Sequence record: MK308676.1
DNA length: 64,000 nt
Strand: one strand, 5' to 3'
In this document: positions 39,613 through 49,282 of the stretch, piece after piece
How positions within the stretch are numbered: position 1 is the stretch's first letter
Layout: each line of letters starts with the position of its first letter
The notes under the pieces: generated by a model
The model's input: only the letters and a program-made list of their open reading frames with translations
Databases searched by the model: none
Told to the model about the DNA's origin: nothing
Made by a program: the position numbers and the translations under genes

Positions 39613-40611
39613 ATGGCTTTATTACCGTTTGATGAAACCGGTAAACTCGCATCTAACTTGAAGCGAGAATCCCATACCGTTAACAGTGTAAACGTTAACT
39701 TCCATAACTTTATCCTTCCGGACTGGGCACCGTTCTTTAAGACGGGCTTTACAGTCTTCCATGTAGAGTCAGGTCGTTACCTGGACGAAGGCGTAGATTT
39801 CTTCTTCTCGCATTACTTCGAACTGGCCGATGACAAACTGGCCGATAAAGTTTATAGTTCCATTACTTTCTTTGATAAGAACATTACTGGTACATTCCAG
39901 CTATCAATGCAGTCGTTAGGCGGAGACTTTGTAGACTCTGCAACTCAGGCTTTAGAAAGTGGCTTAGATACTCTGGCAAACCTTAGTGCGGTACGCTGGG
40001 AAGATATTGTTACTCCTCCTACTTTCCCCGTGACTTCGCACGAACACGTAGTGACTGGCGTGGAAGGCGTAAACCGTCACCTAGAAGAGATGACGAAGAT
40101 TCGTGAAGCAATTGAGAAGATGTGGGATGAGCTTACTCTTTCCGACATCACGGATTTCGATTCAGAGTTCCGTGCTCCGCTGCTATCTAGCTTAAGTGCC
40201 TTAACCGCAGCAATCGTTGCTGACAGTCGTCCACGTGACCTGCCGCATTACTACTCGCTGTTGTTCACCGACGACGCCTCAGGCGCAAGTGATGTGGATT
40301 TAGGCGTAGTAACTCAAGGTTCTTGGGTACAGCTACCTCTGACTATGTTAGTCGCCCAACCTGGCGAGTACAAGCTAACGCACAACATCGGTGCGGAGAT
40401 TGAAGCTCCAGCCGACATTAAAGTGCTGTATCGTTGGACCTTTAACGGTGTCCCTGTTGGACGCTCAATGGCAAACGGCGCTATACACACCATCAATGCA
40501 AATACGCAAGTTCGCTTAGAAGCGAAAGTAATTGGTGCGGATACCACTAAGTTCCTACTAGCGTCCGCTGAACATGCTTCTGGCATCGAAGGCACGTTCC
40601 TTTCAAACTAA
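39613..40611 (+). CDS. baseplate/fibre-attachment protein, paralogue 1
   Basis: N-terminal PFDETGKLASNL..E motif shared with 40622 and 53756. Confidence 0.6.
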   Translation: MALLPFDETGKLASNLKRESHTVNSVNVNFHNFILPDWAPFFKTGFTVFHVESGRYLDEGVDFFFSHYFELADDKLADKVYSSITFFDKNITGTFQLSMQSLGGDFVDSATQALESGLDTLANLSAVRWEDIVTPPTFPVTSHEHVVTGVEGVNRHLEEMTKIREAIEKMWDELTLSDITDFDSEFRAPLLSSLSALTAAIVADSRPRDLPHYYSLLFTDDASGASDVDLGVVTQGSWVQLPLTMLVAQPGEYKLTHNIGAEIEAPADIKVLYRWTFNGVPVGRSMANGAIHTINANTQVRLEAKVIGADTTKFLLASAEHASGIEGTFLSN

Positions 40612-40621
40612 GGTGATTTAA

Positions 40622-41548
40622 ATGGCTTACACAGATTATAACTTCGACCCTACAGCCGAAGCGCCTGCCAACCTCATCTCTCAAGAGGTACATGCGTTGG
40701 ACATGGCTACGTTTGTAGGCGTCATTCCTGACCAAGGTGCCTTCTTTGAAAAGGGACTGGTCGTGGAAGCACGAGCGAGTTCGTCTGACCCTTGGGTTGA
40801 ACTAACTCCTTATTTCGACTTTGTCTTCTCTCCTCCATTCGTAGATGCCGGTGCGAGAACAACCCGTAAACAGGTATTCTCTTACATCGTGTTGAATGAA
40901 GACCGAGGCGTCTATTCCGACGTCCGTTTAACATACCAAGCAATCGGTAAGTACCGCGATTCAGAAATGTTCACTTTACTAAATGCAGCTACTTTCGACC
41001 GCAGCCTGTCTGCTGAATGGGTAGCGTTCTCGAGCTACATCGACACGATGTCGCACGTGACGCGCGAAGAGACATTGGTTGGGAAGGGTACTCTAGAAGT
41101 TCTAGCCGCAATGGTAGATAAGTGGACTGAAGCTATCCAGAACCCGCACGCTCAAGGGAAGAACCTAGGGCAAGACGTGGCTCGCTTAGAACAGAAAGTC
41201 GCCAAAGCACTAACGACAGATGCTTACGCCGAACTAACCGCACAGAATGACTTCAGTCAGGCAGTTGTTTCAGGTACAGCATACGAAGTGAAAGTTACTG
41301 ACGACGAAGTAGAGCTACATAAAGGCATGCTTCTAATCAAGTCGTCAACAGGGGATGCGTATAGCGTAGACGTACTAGGCCGTAAAGCCGGCTCTACTGT
41401 GCACTCTGCTTTATTTAGCCAGAGCCATAACAACGGGGTTTTAGGGACCGTAGCCGTCACTCGCTCTTCTGACGCAATTGTTATCCGCGTGACTCCTTCT
41501 GTCGCAGGCACCATGTACTATAAAACTGTTTCAGAAATCAGAGGCTAG
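40622..41548 (+). CDS. baseplate/fibre-attachment protein, paralogue 2
   Basis: N-terminal YNFDPTAEAPANLISQE motif. Confidence 0.6.
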   Translation: MAYTDYNFDPTAEAPANLISQEVHALDMATFVGVIPDQGAFFEKGLVVEARASSSDPWVELTPYFDFVFSPPFVDAGARTTRKQVFSYIVLNEDRGVYSDVRLTYQAIGKYRDSEMFTLLNAATFDRSLSAEWVAFSSYIDTMSHVTREETLVGKGTLEVLAAMVDKWTEAIQNPHAQGKNLGQDVARLEQKVAKALTTDAYAELTAQNDFSQAVVSGTAYEVKVTDDEVELHKGMLLIKSSTGDAYSVDVLGRKAGSTVHSALFSQSHNNGVLGTVAVTRSSDAIVIRVTPSVAGTMYYKTVSEIRG

Positions 41549-41553
41549 TAAAG

Positions 41554-43116
41554 ATGAATAATCTTCGTAAATACATAGGGCTAAAGTTAGCCCATTGGGG
41601 TAAGTTCGTGTTCCCTTACGGCGCGATGACCGCCCAAAGAACCACTGACGGAGAAGACGGCGCCGCATTTATCGACTCCGACTTAAACGCTTTAAGACTG
41701 CATTTGGGCGGGACATATAAACAGCAAGCCTCGTTGGTTTATAATCCTGCGGCCATTGTCTCCGATACGAACGAAACCGTCCCAGGTATGCTCCGTGCGG
41801 TTGATACATCTGGCGGCCCTATTGTTGTAGACCTAGACCCGACTCTTCCTGCGGGCTCAATGGTGGGCTATATTGACGTTACGGGTACGTGGGCAACGAA
41901 TAAGTTTTCTCTAAGGGCAGCCGCGAATATCCAAGGCGAAGCCGTTAAGGAGTATACCACGGCGTTTGGGTCCATTCAGTTAATCAAGCATGCGACTGCC
42001 GGCTGGATTCCATTTGGTGGCGGAGTAGGTGGCGGAGAAGGAGGCTCGGGAATTGGCCTCCCGGAAGGGGAGCTGGTCCATGGTACGTCCTATACCTTAA
42101 AGGTAGGTGTCCCTGCGTTACTCGACTTAGGCAAGACCTTCACAACGACCGGGTTTAACGTTCACTTTGAAAGAACGATGGATTACACTGCGGCCGATTG
42201 GGAATATACGCTGCCGAACGTCACATCGCTCCACTTACCTGAAGTCTATAACGTGAAAGCCGACCCCACGCAATCCGGTGACGCTGTGGCCGACCCAGAA
42301 GCCGGCCACTGGAAACTACCTGCCGACCCTGGACGTGCTATCCTAAAGCACCCTACCTTAAAGAAATGGATGCTCGTCCGTTTGGATGTCGCTCAAGAGT
42401 TCTTCCTTCAGATTGACGAAGAAGAATACGACCACCCTGCGAGAGTACAGACATGGGCATCAGTCGATGCCGGTACGGGCGAAAGGACTATTCTGCCAAA
42501 CGCCGAAATAAAACTAACAGACCTGACTTTAACTCTGCCTTTACCACCAAGTGGCGCAGTGGGAGATACGGTCGCATTCTACGACATATGGAAACTCGCT
42601 TCATTCGCGAATGTGATTCTAGAGGTAGACGGCGCGCGGTCTTTAGACATGGACGGGAGAAGCTTTGCTATCGACGTCGATGGTGCCTCCGCCGAAATAC
42701 AAGCCGTGCAACAGCGTGGCTGGGTAGCGGTCCGCTGGAACGTCGGCGCCGACCCGATGAATGACGAAGCCCCACATAGTAACTTAGTCGTAGGCAGCAT
42801 AAGTCACGACTCTACTGACGACTACACGTCATCCAATGGTTCAATCGAGCCAACTACGGAAGGCAGTGACGTCAAAGTAATGAATATTACCGAAGCAACC
42901 ACAATTCAGCCCCCACTTTTGAAGTCAGGTCCTGTTACTTGGCTCACTTACAAAATCGTACAAGGCAACACAGCATACCCTGTGGAGTTTACTAGCGATT
43001 ACGTAATCGTTGATGGGGTAGAGGCCTCCAAGGCACCTAACTCAGTTACGTGGGCCAGAGTTCTGGTCTCGGGTGACGGTAAGTACGATGTGTGGTTGTC
43101 TTCACGTCCTTTATAA
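41554..43116 (+). CDS. tail-fibre base with two T4 gp34-like repeats and a C-terminal adaptor domain
   Basis: VDTSGGPIVV.L...G..VGYIDVTGTWATN and LTLPLPPSGAVGDTVAFYD repeats; C-terminal YKIVQGNTAYPVEF...SGDG domain. Confidence 0.6.
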   Translation: MNNLRKYIGLKLAHWGKFVFPYGAMTAQRTTDGEDGAAFIDSDLNALRLHLGGTYKQQASLVYNPAAIVSDTNETVPGMLRAVDTSGGPIVVDLDPTLPAGSMVGYIDVTGTWATNKFSLRAAANIQGEAVKEYTTAFGSIQLIKHATAGWIPFGGGVGGGEGGSGIGLPEGELVHGTSYTLKVGVPALLDLGKTFTTTGFNVHFERTMDYTAADWEYTLPNVTSLHLPEVYNVKADPTQSGDAVADPEAGHWKLPADPGRAILKHPTLKKWMLVRLDVAQEFFLQIDEEEYDHPARVQTWASVDAGTGERTILPNAEIKLTDLTLTLPLPPSGAVGDTVAFYDIWKLASFANVILEVDGARSLDMDGRSFAIDVDGASAEIQAVQQRGWVAVRWNVGADPMNDEAPHSNLVVGSISHDSTDDYTSSNGSIEPTTEGSDVKVMNITEATTIQPPLLKSGPVTWLTYKIVQGNTAYPVEFTSDYVIVDGVEASKAPNSVTWARVLVSGDGKYDVWLSSRPL

Positions 43117-43126
43117 GGAGTAAGGA

Positions 43127-46100
43127 ATGAATCCCGAAGCCAAGCAAGTTGGCCATTTAGAGAGCGACGTTAAAGGTCGCTCTTTTGACCGATACAAAAT
43201 AAAAGGCTCTCTGTCTTTAAACCCGCCTTTGGGCGGAGTGCAACCGCCTTTTCTAGCATATACGCAAAAGGATGGAAACCGCCAAATAGGCACTGTCTCA
43301 CTTTGGATACGTCGAAGAGGTGTGGCAAACAAGTCCCCCTCTACAACGGACGAGACTATATTTAGCCATCAGGCGTCATCGACTACGGCCTCTTACGGCG
43401 GAATGGGATTCGATTCCAGCGGCCATCTAGCCCACTTCATGTCTGACGGCACCGCTACGCAGTACGGCATGATAACGAAAGAGCGCTTTGTAGACTGTTC
43501 TCGCTTCTACCATATTGTGGTTCACTGGAATACATGGATATCGGATGCTAACCAACGCATGCGCATGTTCGTTGACGGCAAGGAAATCAAATCGTTCATT
43601 CACTTTACCATGCCGCCGCTCGGCTACCAGGGGAAAGTGCATAATGCGGCTTATCCGTTTACCATCGGTCACGTTCCGGGACTGTCTGCTTATAATTACT
43701 TCGCTTTAAATGCCGAGATTGCAGACTTTGCCCTAGTTGATGGCCAGGCACTATTCCCGAAAGACTTTGGGCACTTTGATACCCAAGATAACTGGCGTCC
43801 AAGCTTCCCGAGCTTCGAAGGATGGGGACCTAACTCTCTGTTTTTGACCTGGGATAAACAGGCTAACGGAATGACCTCGCATGTCATTAATCGCCCTTCG
43901 CAATATGCCCCGGATGAGACCGACGATAAGAAGCCTATCTCTACGGTGCCTACGCCAGGTATTAAAGCCGACATCACCATACACAAGTCGTACAACCACA
44001 CGTCAAACCAACATATGTTCTTGCAGGACTCAGTCCGCGGAGACGGCTGGTTCACTACGTTCTCAGAAGCTACGATTAACTCGCGCTACCATGGTCGACC
44101 TGCGCCGGCACCCAATGGGGAAGATGAACACTTAAGGTTCAGCGGCTCCTTTAACTGGGAGAAACGTACGGATAATGAGCCGACATATTGGACACACTTC
44201 CTCTTTGCTACGGGACCCGAACACGGCATCAGTATCGTTCCTCACGATGGTACCGCCGCAGAAAAGAGAATTGAGCACGGTCTGGGGCGTAAGCCGGACT
44301 TAGCCATAAACGTGGTCCAGGAATCCGGAGCAAGCTACCCGATGTATACTTGGGCCAAAGGCTTTACGGATACTAACGACGATTCTCGCCTAAATCTCCA
44401 TAATGGCTCAGGGGTCTTTACAGCACCTGGAGCAGACCACTGGCGAAACTCCTTAACGGACGAAACCTATTTCGGATTCGGTAGTGGGAGCGCGAACAAC
44501 AGCGCATCTGGTAGAAACTTCATCACGTATTTCTTTGCGTCCGTTCCCGGAAAGTCCCAGTACTTTAAATGGGAACATCGCGGGTCTAACACTAGGACGC
44601 GTTTTGAATGCGGTTTCCGCCCGCGCTTCTTCTTCTGGAAGACGGCAACGCCGTCGGGTGAGACTGCCGATGTCGGTGCTTGGGTGGTTGTTGACTGTCG
44701 AGACGGTACGGCTTGGGAATTCGACCGCACGCGCGGCGGATACTACTCTTACAGTGCGACTTACTTCAATCCGGCTGAGGTAGACGATACCGGTTTCTCA
44801 ATGGGCCACGACCTGGCCAGCATAGACGGCATTATCATGGCCTTCGCGGACGAGTCGGACCTAAACCGCTGTGCCAAGTCAATAATGAACGATAACCGTG
44901 TTCGGCCGATTAACTTCCATGGCACGGCGGACATCAGTGACGCAACTCCAGATAACCCAGGTGTAATCCTTAGCTGGAATAATGCTAACCGCTGGGCATC
45001 CGCAAACGGAGCAGCTCACCAGAGCCAGAGAGCCACGGAAGGCGGTTATCGCCTAGAGCTTTCACATACGCGTACCAATACCGCGGTAGGCTTAGGGCTT
45101 TCTCGCTCATTGCCGGAAAGCGGTAAGTGGTACTTTGAGGTAGATAGTTGCTATACGTTCGTTTTATGCGGCTACCAATTCATGGACGGTGCCCAGAACG
45201 GATACGACTACTACGACTACGTCAAAGATACGCCGGGGTACGTATATGCTGGCGGCGTAAAGAACACACGCAGAAGTCACTACATTGCCTTGGATATGGA
45301 TGCGCGGACATTACATGTCACTACCTCCGACGGCAAGGTGTTCACTCTACCGGTTCCAGACGCCGACGAACGCACTACGGGCGATTATCAGTTCTTCGTA
45401 TCCTCTAACGTCGCGTCTAAAGATACGGCCTCCATCAACTTAGGGCAGCGCCCTTTTGTAAATGAGATGCCAGTGGGCTACCGTCCTCTGAACGACCTCG
45501 GCAACTATCAGGAAAACTCGATTGAGCCTGAGAAATACTTCGACAACTTCATTTACAATGGCCTGCAAGCTTGCCATCAGGACATGTCGTCTACGTGGGC
45601 TTACTGGGGCGTGAAGTCTTTTGAAATCGACGGCGAACTTTACCTAGCCCGCCGCCGCACGCACAGGATAGCGAACCCGCCGGTTGCCGCGGACTGGGTT
45701 AACCAAGGACATGTGGAAATATGGCTCTGGAACAGACATACTAAGAAGTTCAACGAACATCATACCTTGGCCATGCCTTCGGGCGGATACGCAATAGATG
45801 TGAAGTCGATAGATGGAGAGACGTATCTTTCTGCGGGGTCACACTACAACGGCTCACACGACATCACTGGCGGAGCATACCTCTTTAGATGGAACCGGAC
45901 ACACAAGAGATTCGAAACATTAGTTCGCCGCAATGAAGGTACCGGGCACATAGGAACCGAGATTTTCGACATCGATGAAGACCATTTGGGCTGGATAATG
46001 TCATCTCACCGCAACGGTACTGTCTTTGACTTGGATTCTCACTTCTTTAAAGTGGAGAAACAAACAGGCAATGTTGTAAAGGTCCAGGCTATCCATACGG

Positions 46101-48832
46101 CCGGGGCACACGGCGTATCGACTGAGGTCTTTGAGGGAGAAACGTGGGTCACTATTTCGGAGTATCGTACTGGCGCAAATGGAGCTCAACTTGGAAACAT
46201 TCCGCAAAGAAGTTGGCGCTATGACCCGACCACCAGCGAGTTAGTGGCCGCCCCAGGTCTAACTACTGGACAGTATGCCGCAGTGGTACAGAATAAACTA
46301 TTCGCGCACTCGGGTAACTTATATTGCCTGGTTTCATCTCGTCATACGGCCAACGTTTGGACGGAGTATACTAGCCTGGGCATGTTTAAGCTAAATGCCG
46401 CTAAAGACGGCTGGGACCAAATCACCTCTATGGGCTCAATTGGCGCCAGCGAAGTAAGCGTACTGAAGAAAGATGACGGAGTTTACATCAGTGTCCCTTG
46501 TTATTACAACGGCACGTCAGTAGCATCCCGTCAGAACTACGTAGCGTTTAGCACGATTGCTTTCTTTAACCCGCAAACAGAGACGTTGATTTCCCACGAG
46601 ACGTGGCGTGGTGTGGCTCAGACAGGTGCCGACTTCTTTGAGGACGATGGTGACTTCTATTTGGCCACGACGTCTACTTTGGACGATAGCTACAGCGCGA
46701 CATGGATGGGCGTGCAAAAGTTTGCCGATAAGAACTTATCTGGATTCATTACTCGGGCCCAGTTCGGCAGTGACTCAGTCTACGACTCTGTGCGCATTGA
46801 TGACGCCGACGGAGAGTACGTCCTGATGGTAGAACACGTGAAAGAATCTTCTCGCAGTCAAAGATTGTCAGACATTCAAATTCACGAGTACAACCCGACC
46901 ACAAAGAGTATATCGCGCATAGGCACGCGCTCATCTCACGGCTGTCATGCCTTGGACGCTAAGAAGATTGGCGGCAAGTGGTACCTCGCGTCGGTCAATC
47001 ATTCAAACGCCAGTACCGACACTACCGGCGGCGCCATTAACATTTATGTCTGGAATGAAACTACCAAAGACTTAGACTTCGTCATATCGTCACCCGTACA
47101 CGGCTGTATAGAGGCGAAGTGGTTCGAGTCCGACGGTAAGACATATGTTTCCATTACGTCTAATCGCAGCGGTTCGAACTATGGACAGCCACTGGGTACG
47201 TTCTTGTTCGACCCAGCGTCTGTAGGTAGCGAGCTCACAGTCAAACCGACTTTGTCGGGCTCAGGCCATTTCGGTCTAGACCTTTATGAGTTCAAAGGAG
47301 AAACCTTCGGCTTTATCGGCGGTTCAGCCGCGTCTTCTTCTGGCGGCTATCATACGGCCTTTATAAAGTGGTATCCTGACTCGGAGACTTGGGGCGTTCA
47401 TCAAAACCAAATCGCAGGTTCCAATATTCCGCATGGTTACGGTCGCTTCTTTGAAGCGAATGGACGACTGTATCTTCTTCTGGGCGCAGACCGCATCGGA
47501 GGCACACCAAACGCAACAACGGTTTGCCAGCTTTACCGTTACAGCGAAGCGACGCAGAGGATGTATTTCGTCAATGAGGTTCATGCTCCCGGAGCACGAA
47601 ACTTCAATGTCGTTGAATACGAGGGCGACATCTATGCGGCCATGGCTACGTGGGGTACGCCCGAGAGTAACAATCGCGGACTGGACCCGTATGACTGGAC
47701 GGACAACCTCCTGCTTAAGTTTGATGCAGCAGACGAGACGTTCTACCTAGAAGCGGTTTATCCAGCGCACCATTCGGTTTGTCATAAGTTACACCTGATG
47801 AACGACGGTAATCTGTTCATAGCGGCGCATAGCCACACGACGAACAATACCTTTAGTGCTCCTAACTTATGGCTACAAGTTAAGAAAGGTGCAGCGGCGA
47901 TGCAGCACAACACCTTGACGGTCCCGACCGACTTTGTCTGGCTCAAGTCGCTTTCTGGCCCTGCTAACTCACATAAGCAGTTCGCTAAGAAGGTAGGTTG
48001 GGAAAGGCAACTAACGTCCGACACGGCAGACGCGGCAAGCTTTACTAACGGCCAGCATATTTTCGGTGTCTACAAACACGGAGTTCGTTTAGCGTATTCG
48101 TCATCAGCAAACGTCGCGCGCCTAGCTTACTCGGTGTATGCCTGGAAAGCTGCCCCAGAGGCGGGCTTTGATTGTACAGTCCACGAAGGTAGTGGCGGCA
48201 CACAGCATGCCCTCCCTTACGATATGGGCGACAAGCAAGCCACGCTCGGCATCATTAAGAGCATCGATGTTTCCGGCAACTGGATGGTTCAAGGACCTAT
48301 CTTGAAATCTGTAAACAACCGAGTGCTTTACTTAAATGGTACCGGGGCCGCACAAGACAACTCATCCGACGGCTACATGTCTATGTTCTACAACGTAGGC
48401 CACTACGTTCTCGGGAACCAGGATGTGTCTAACGACCACGTAAACCGCAATGGGCAGAAATACATGGGCCTATGGTTCCGTAGTATAGAAGGCCAGGTTA
48501 AAGTGGGTCGCTATTCGGGCACGGGCCAAGTCGATGGCGATTTCGTTCCGCTGTCATTTAGCGCCCGCTGGATAATGATAAAGAGTGAAGCGAGTTCCAA
48601 CAACTGGGCGGTCTATGACTTGAACAACGGAGCTAACGTTCGAAACGACGTGACGCACATCATCTATCCTAATCTCTCGCAGAGTATGGGAGAGCCGGTA
48701 ACGGATAAGATAGAAGTAAGTGCCGGCGGTTTCCGCCCTATCGGTGCCGGTAACATCCATAACCAAAACGGACAGCCTTATGTCTTCATCGCCATAGCGG
48801 ACGACCCGTTTGGTACATCTAACGCTTACTAA
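43127..48832 (+). CDS. giant fibre/receptor-binding protein A: LamG (ConA-like) + SPRY + 14 EPTP/EAR-like repeats
   Basis: GTVSLWIRR/FYHIVVHW LamG motifs; SGKWYFEV...INLGQRPF SPRY; 14 repeats at 45563-47890; ends FIAIADDPFGTSNAY. Confidence 0.7.
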   Translation: MNPEAKQVGHLESDVKGRSFDRYKIKGSLSLNPPLGGVQPPFLAYTQKDGNRQIGTVSLWIRRRGVANKSPSTTDETIFSHQASSTTASYGGMGFDSSGHLAHFMSDGTATQYGMITKERFVDCSRFYHIVVHWNTWISDANQRMRMFVDGKEIKSFIHFTMPPLGYQGKVHNAAYPFTIGHVPGLSAYNYFALNAEIADFALVDGQALFPKDFGHFDTQDNWRPSFPSFEGWGPNSLFLTWDKQANGMTSHVINRPSQYAPDETDDKKPISTVPTPGIKADITIHKSYNHTSNQHMFLQDSVRGDGWFTTFSEATINSRYHGRPAPAPNGEDEHLRFSGSFNWEKRTDNEPTYWTHFLFATGPEHGISIVPHDGTAAEKRIEHGLGRKPDLAINVVQESGASYPMYTWAKGFTDTNDDSRLNLHNGSGVFTAPGADHWRNSLTDETYFGFGSGSANNSASGRNFITYFFASVPGKSQYFKWEHRGSNTRTRFECGFRPRFFFWKTATPSGETADVGAWVVVDCRDGTAWEFDRTRGGYYSYSATYFNPAEVDDTGFSMGHDLASIDGIIMAFADESDLNRCAKSIMNDNRVRPINFHGTADISDATPDNPGVILSWNNANRWASANGAAHQSQRATEGGYRLELSHTRTNTAVGLGLSRSLPESGKWYFEVDSCYTFVLCGYQFMDGAQNGYDYYDYVKDTPGYVYAGGVKNTRRSHYIALDMDARTLHVTTSDGKVFTLPVPDADERTTGDYQFFVSSNVASKDTASINLGQRPFVNEMPVGYRPLNDLGNYQENSIEPEKYFDNFIYNGLQACHQDMSSTWAYWGVKSFEIDGELYLARRRTHRIANPPVAADWVNQGHVEIWLWNRHTKKFNEHHTLAMPSGGYAIDVKSIDGETYLSAGSHYNGSHDITGGAYLFRWNRTHKRFETLVRRNEGTGHIGTEIFDIDEDHLGWIMSSHRNGTVFDLDSHFFKVEKQTGNVVKVQAIHTAGAHGVSTEVFEGETWVTISEYRTGANGAQLGNIPQRSWRYDPTTSELVAAPGLTTGQYAAVVQNKLFAHSGNLYCLVSSRHTANVWTEYTSLGMFKLNAAKDGWDQITSMGSIGASEVSVLKKDDGVYISVPCYYNGTSVASRQNYVAFSTIAFFNPQTETLISHETWRGVAQTGADFFEDDGDFYLATTSTLDDSYSATWMGVQKFADKNLSGFITRAQFGSDSVYDSVRIDDADGEYVLMVEHVKESSRSQRLSDIQIHEYNPTTKSISRIGTRSSHGCHALDAKKIGGKWYLASVNHSNASTDTTGGAINIYVWNETTKDLDFVISSPVHGCIEAKWFESDGKTYVSITSNRSGSNYGQPLGTFLFDPASVGSELTVKPTLSGSGHFGLDLYEFKGETFGFIGGSAASSSGGYHTAFIKWYPDSETWGVHQNQIAGSNIPHGYGRFFEANGRLYLLLGADRIGGTPNATTVCQLYRYSEATQRMYFVNEVHAPGARNFNVVEYEGDIYAAMATWGTPESNNRGLDPYDWTDNLLLKFDAADETFYLEAVYPAHHSVCHKLHLMNDGNLFIAAHSHTTNNTFSAPNLWLQVKKGAAAMQHNTLTVPTDFVWLKSLSGPANSHKQFAKKVGWERQLTSDTADAASFTNGQHIFGVYKHGVRLAYSSSANVARLAYSVYAWKAAPEAGFDCTVHEGSGGTQHALPYDMGDKQATLGIIKSIDVSGNWMVQGPILKSVNNRVLYLNGTGAAQDNSSDGYMSMFYNVGHYVLGNQDVSNDHVNRNGQKYMGLWFRSIEGQVKVGRYSGTGQVDGDFVPLSFSARWIMIKSEASSNNWAVYDLNNGANVRNDVTHIIYPNLSQSMGEPVTDKIEVSAGGFRPIGAGNIHNQNGQPYVFIAIADDPFGTSNAY

Positions 48833-48842
48833 GGAGTAAGAA

Positions 48843-49262
48843 ATGCGTTCATTTTCTAAGAAATTTGGACGCGGCCCTGCCTCTCAAATCAGTAAAGGCA
48901 CCAAGAGCGCGGGTTTCCGCGCCGATGGTGCGCTCCTGGTCACAGGCAGTGTCGTAAACACCCCTATCACTTTGCCCTATGCTGCAAACGTGGAGCTATC
49001 CTTAGCAGATAGCGATACGCAGCATCTAGAACTAGCTGGCGATGTGCATATTACTGCGCCGGAGCTAAGAGTAGGTGGGTCCTGGAAAATCTATATAAGG
49101 CAAGATGCGACAGGCGGACACGATGTAACCTTCGGGGCTAACCTAAAGAACATCTATGGTACACCGGTGTTGTCTGCCGCAAACGCGACGACGTTAATGA
49201 CCCTAATCGGTCGAGGGGATGGTAATTTTGATTACACCCTAACGGCCGTTGCCACGATTTAA
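48843..49262 (+). CDS. small fibre adaptor protein
   Basis: GGSWKIYIRQDATGGHDVTF...RGDG domain resembling the C-terminus of 41554..43116. Confidence 0.55.
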   Translation: MRSFSKKFGRGPASQISKGTKSAGFRADGALLVTGSVVNTPITLPYAANVELSLADSDTQHLELAGDVHITAPELRVGGSWKIYIRQDATGGHDVTFGANLKNIYGTPVLSAANATTLMTLIGRGDGNFDYTLTAVATI

Positions 49263-49282
49263 ACTAAACAAACGAGGTTAAC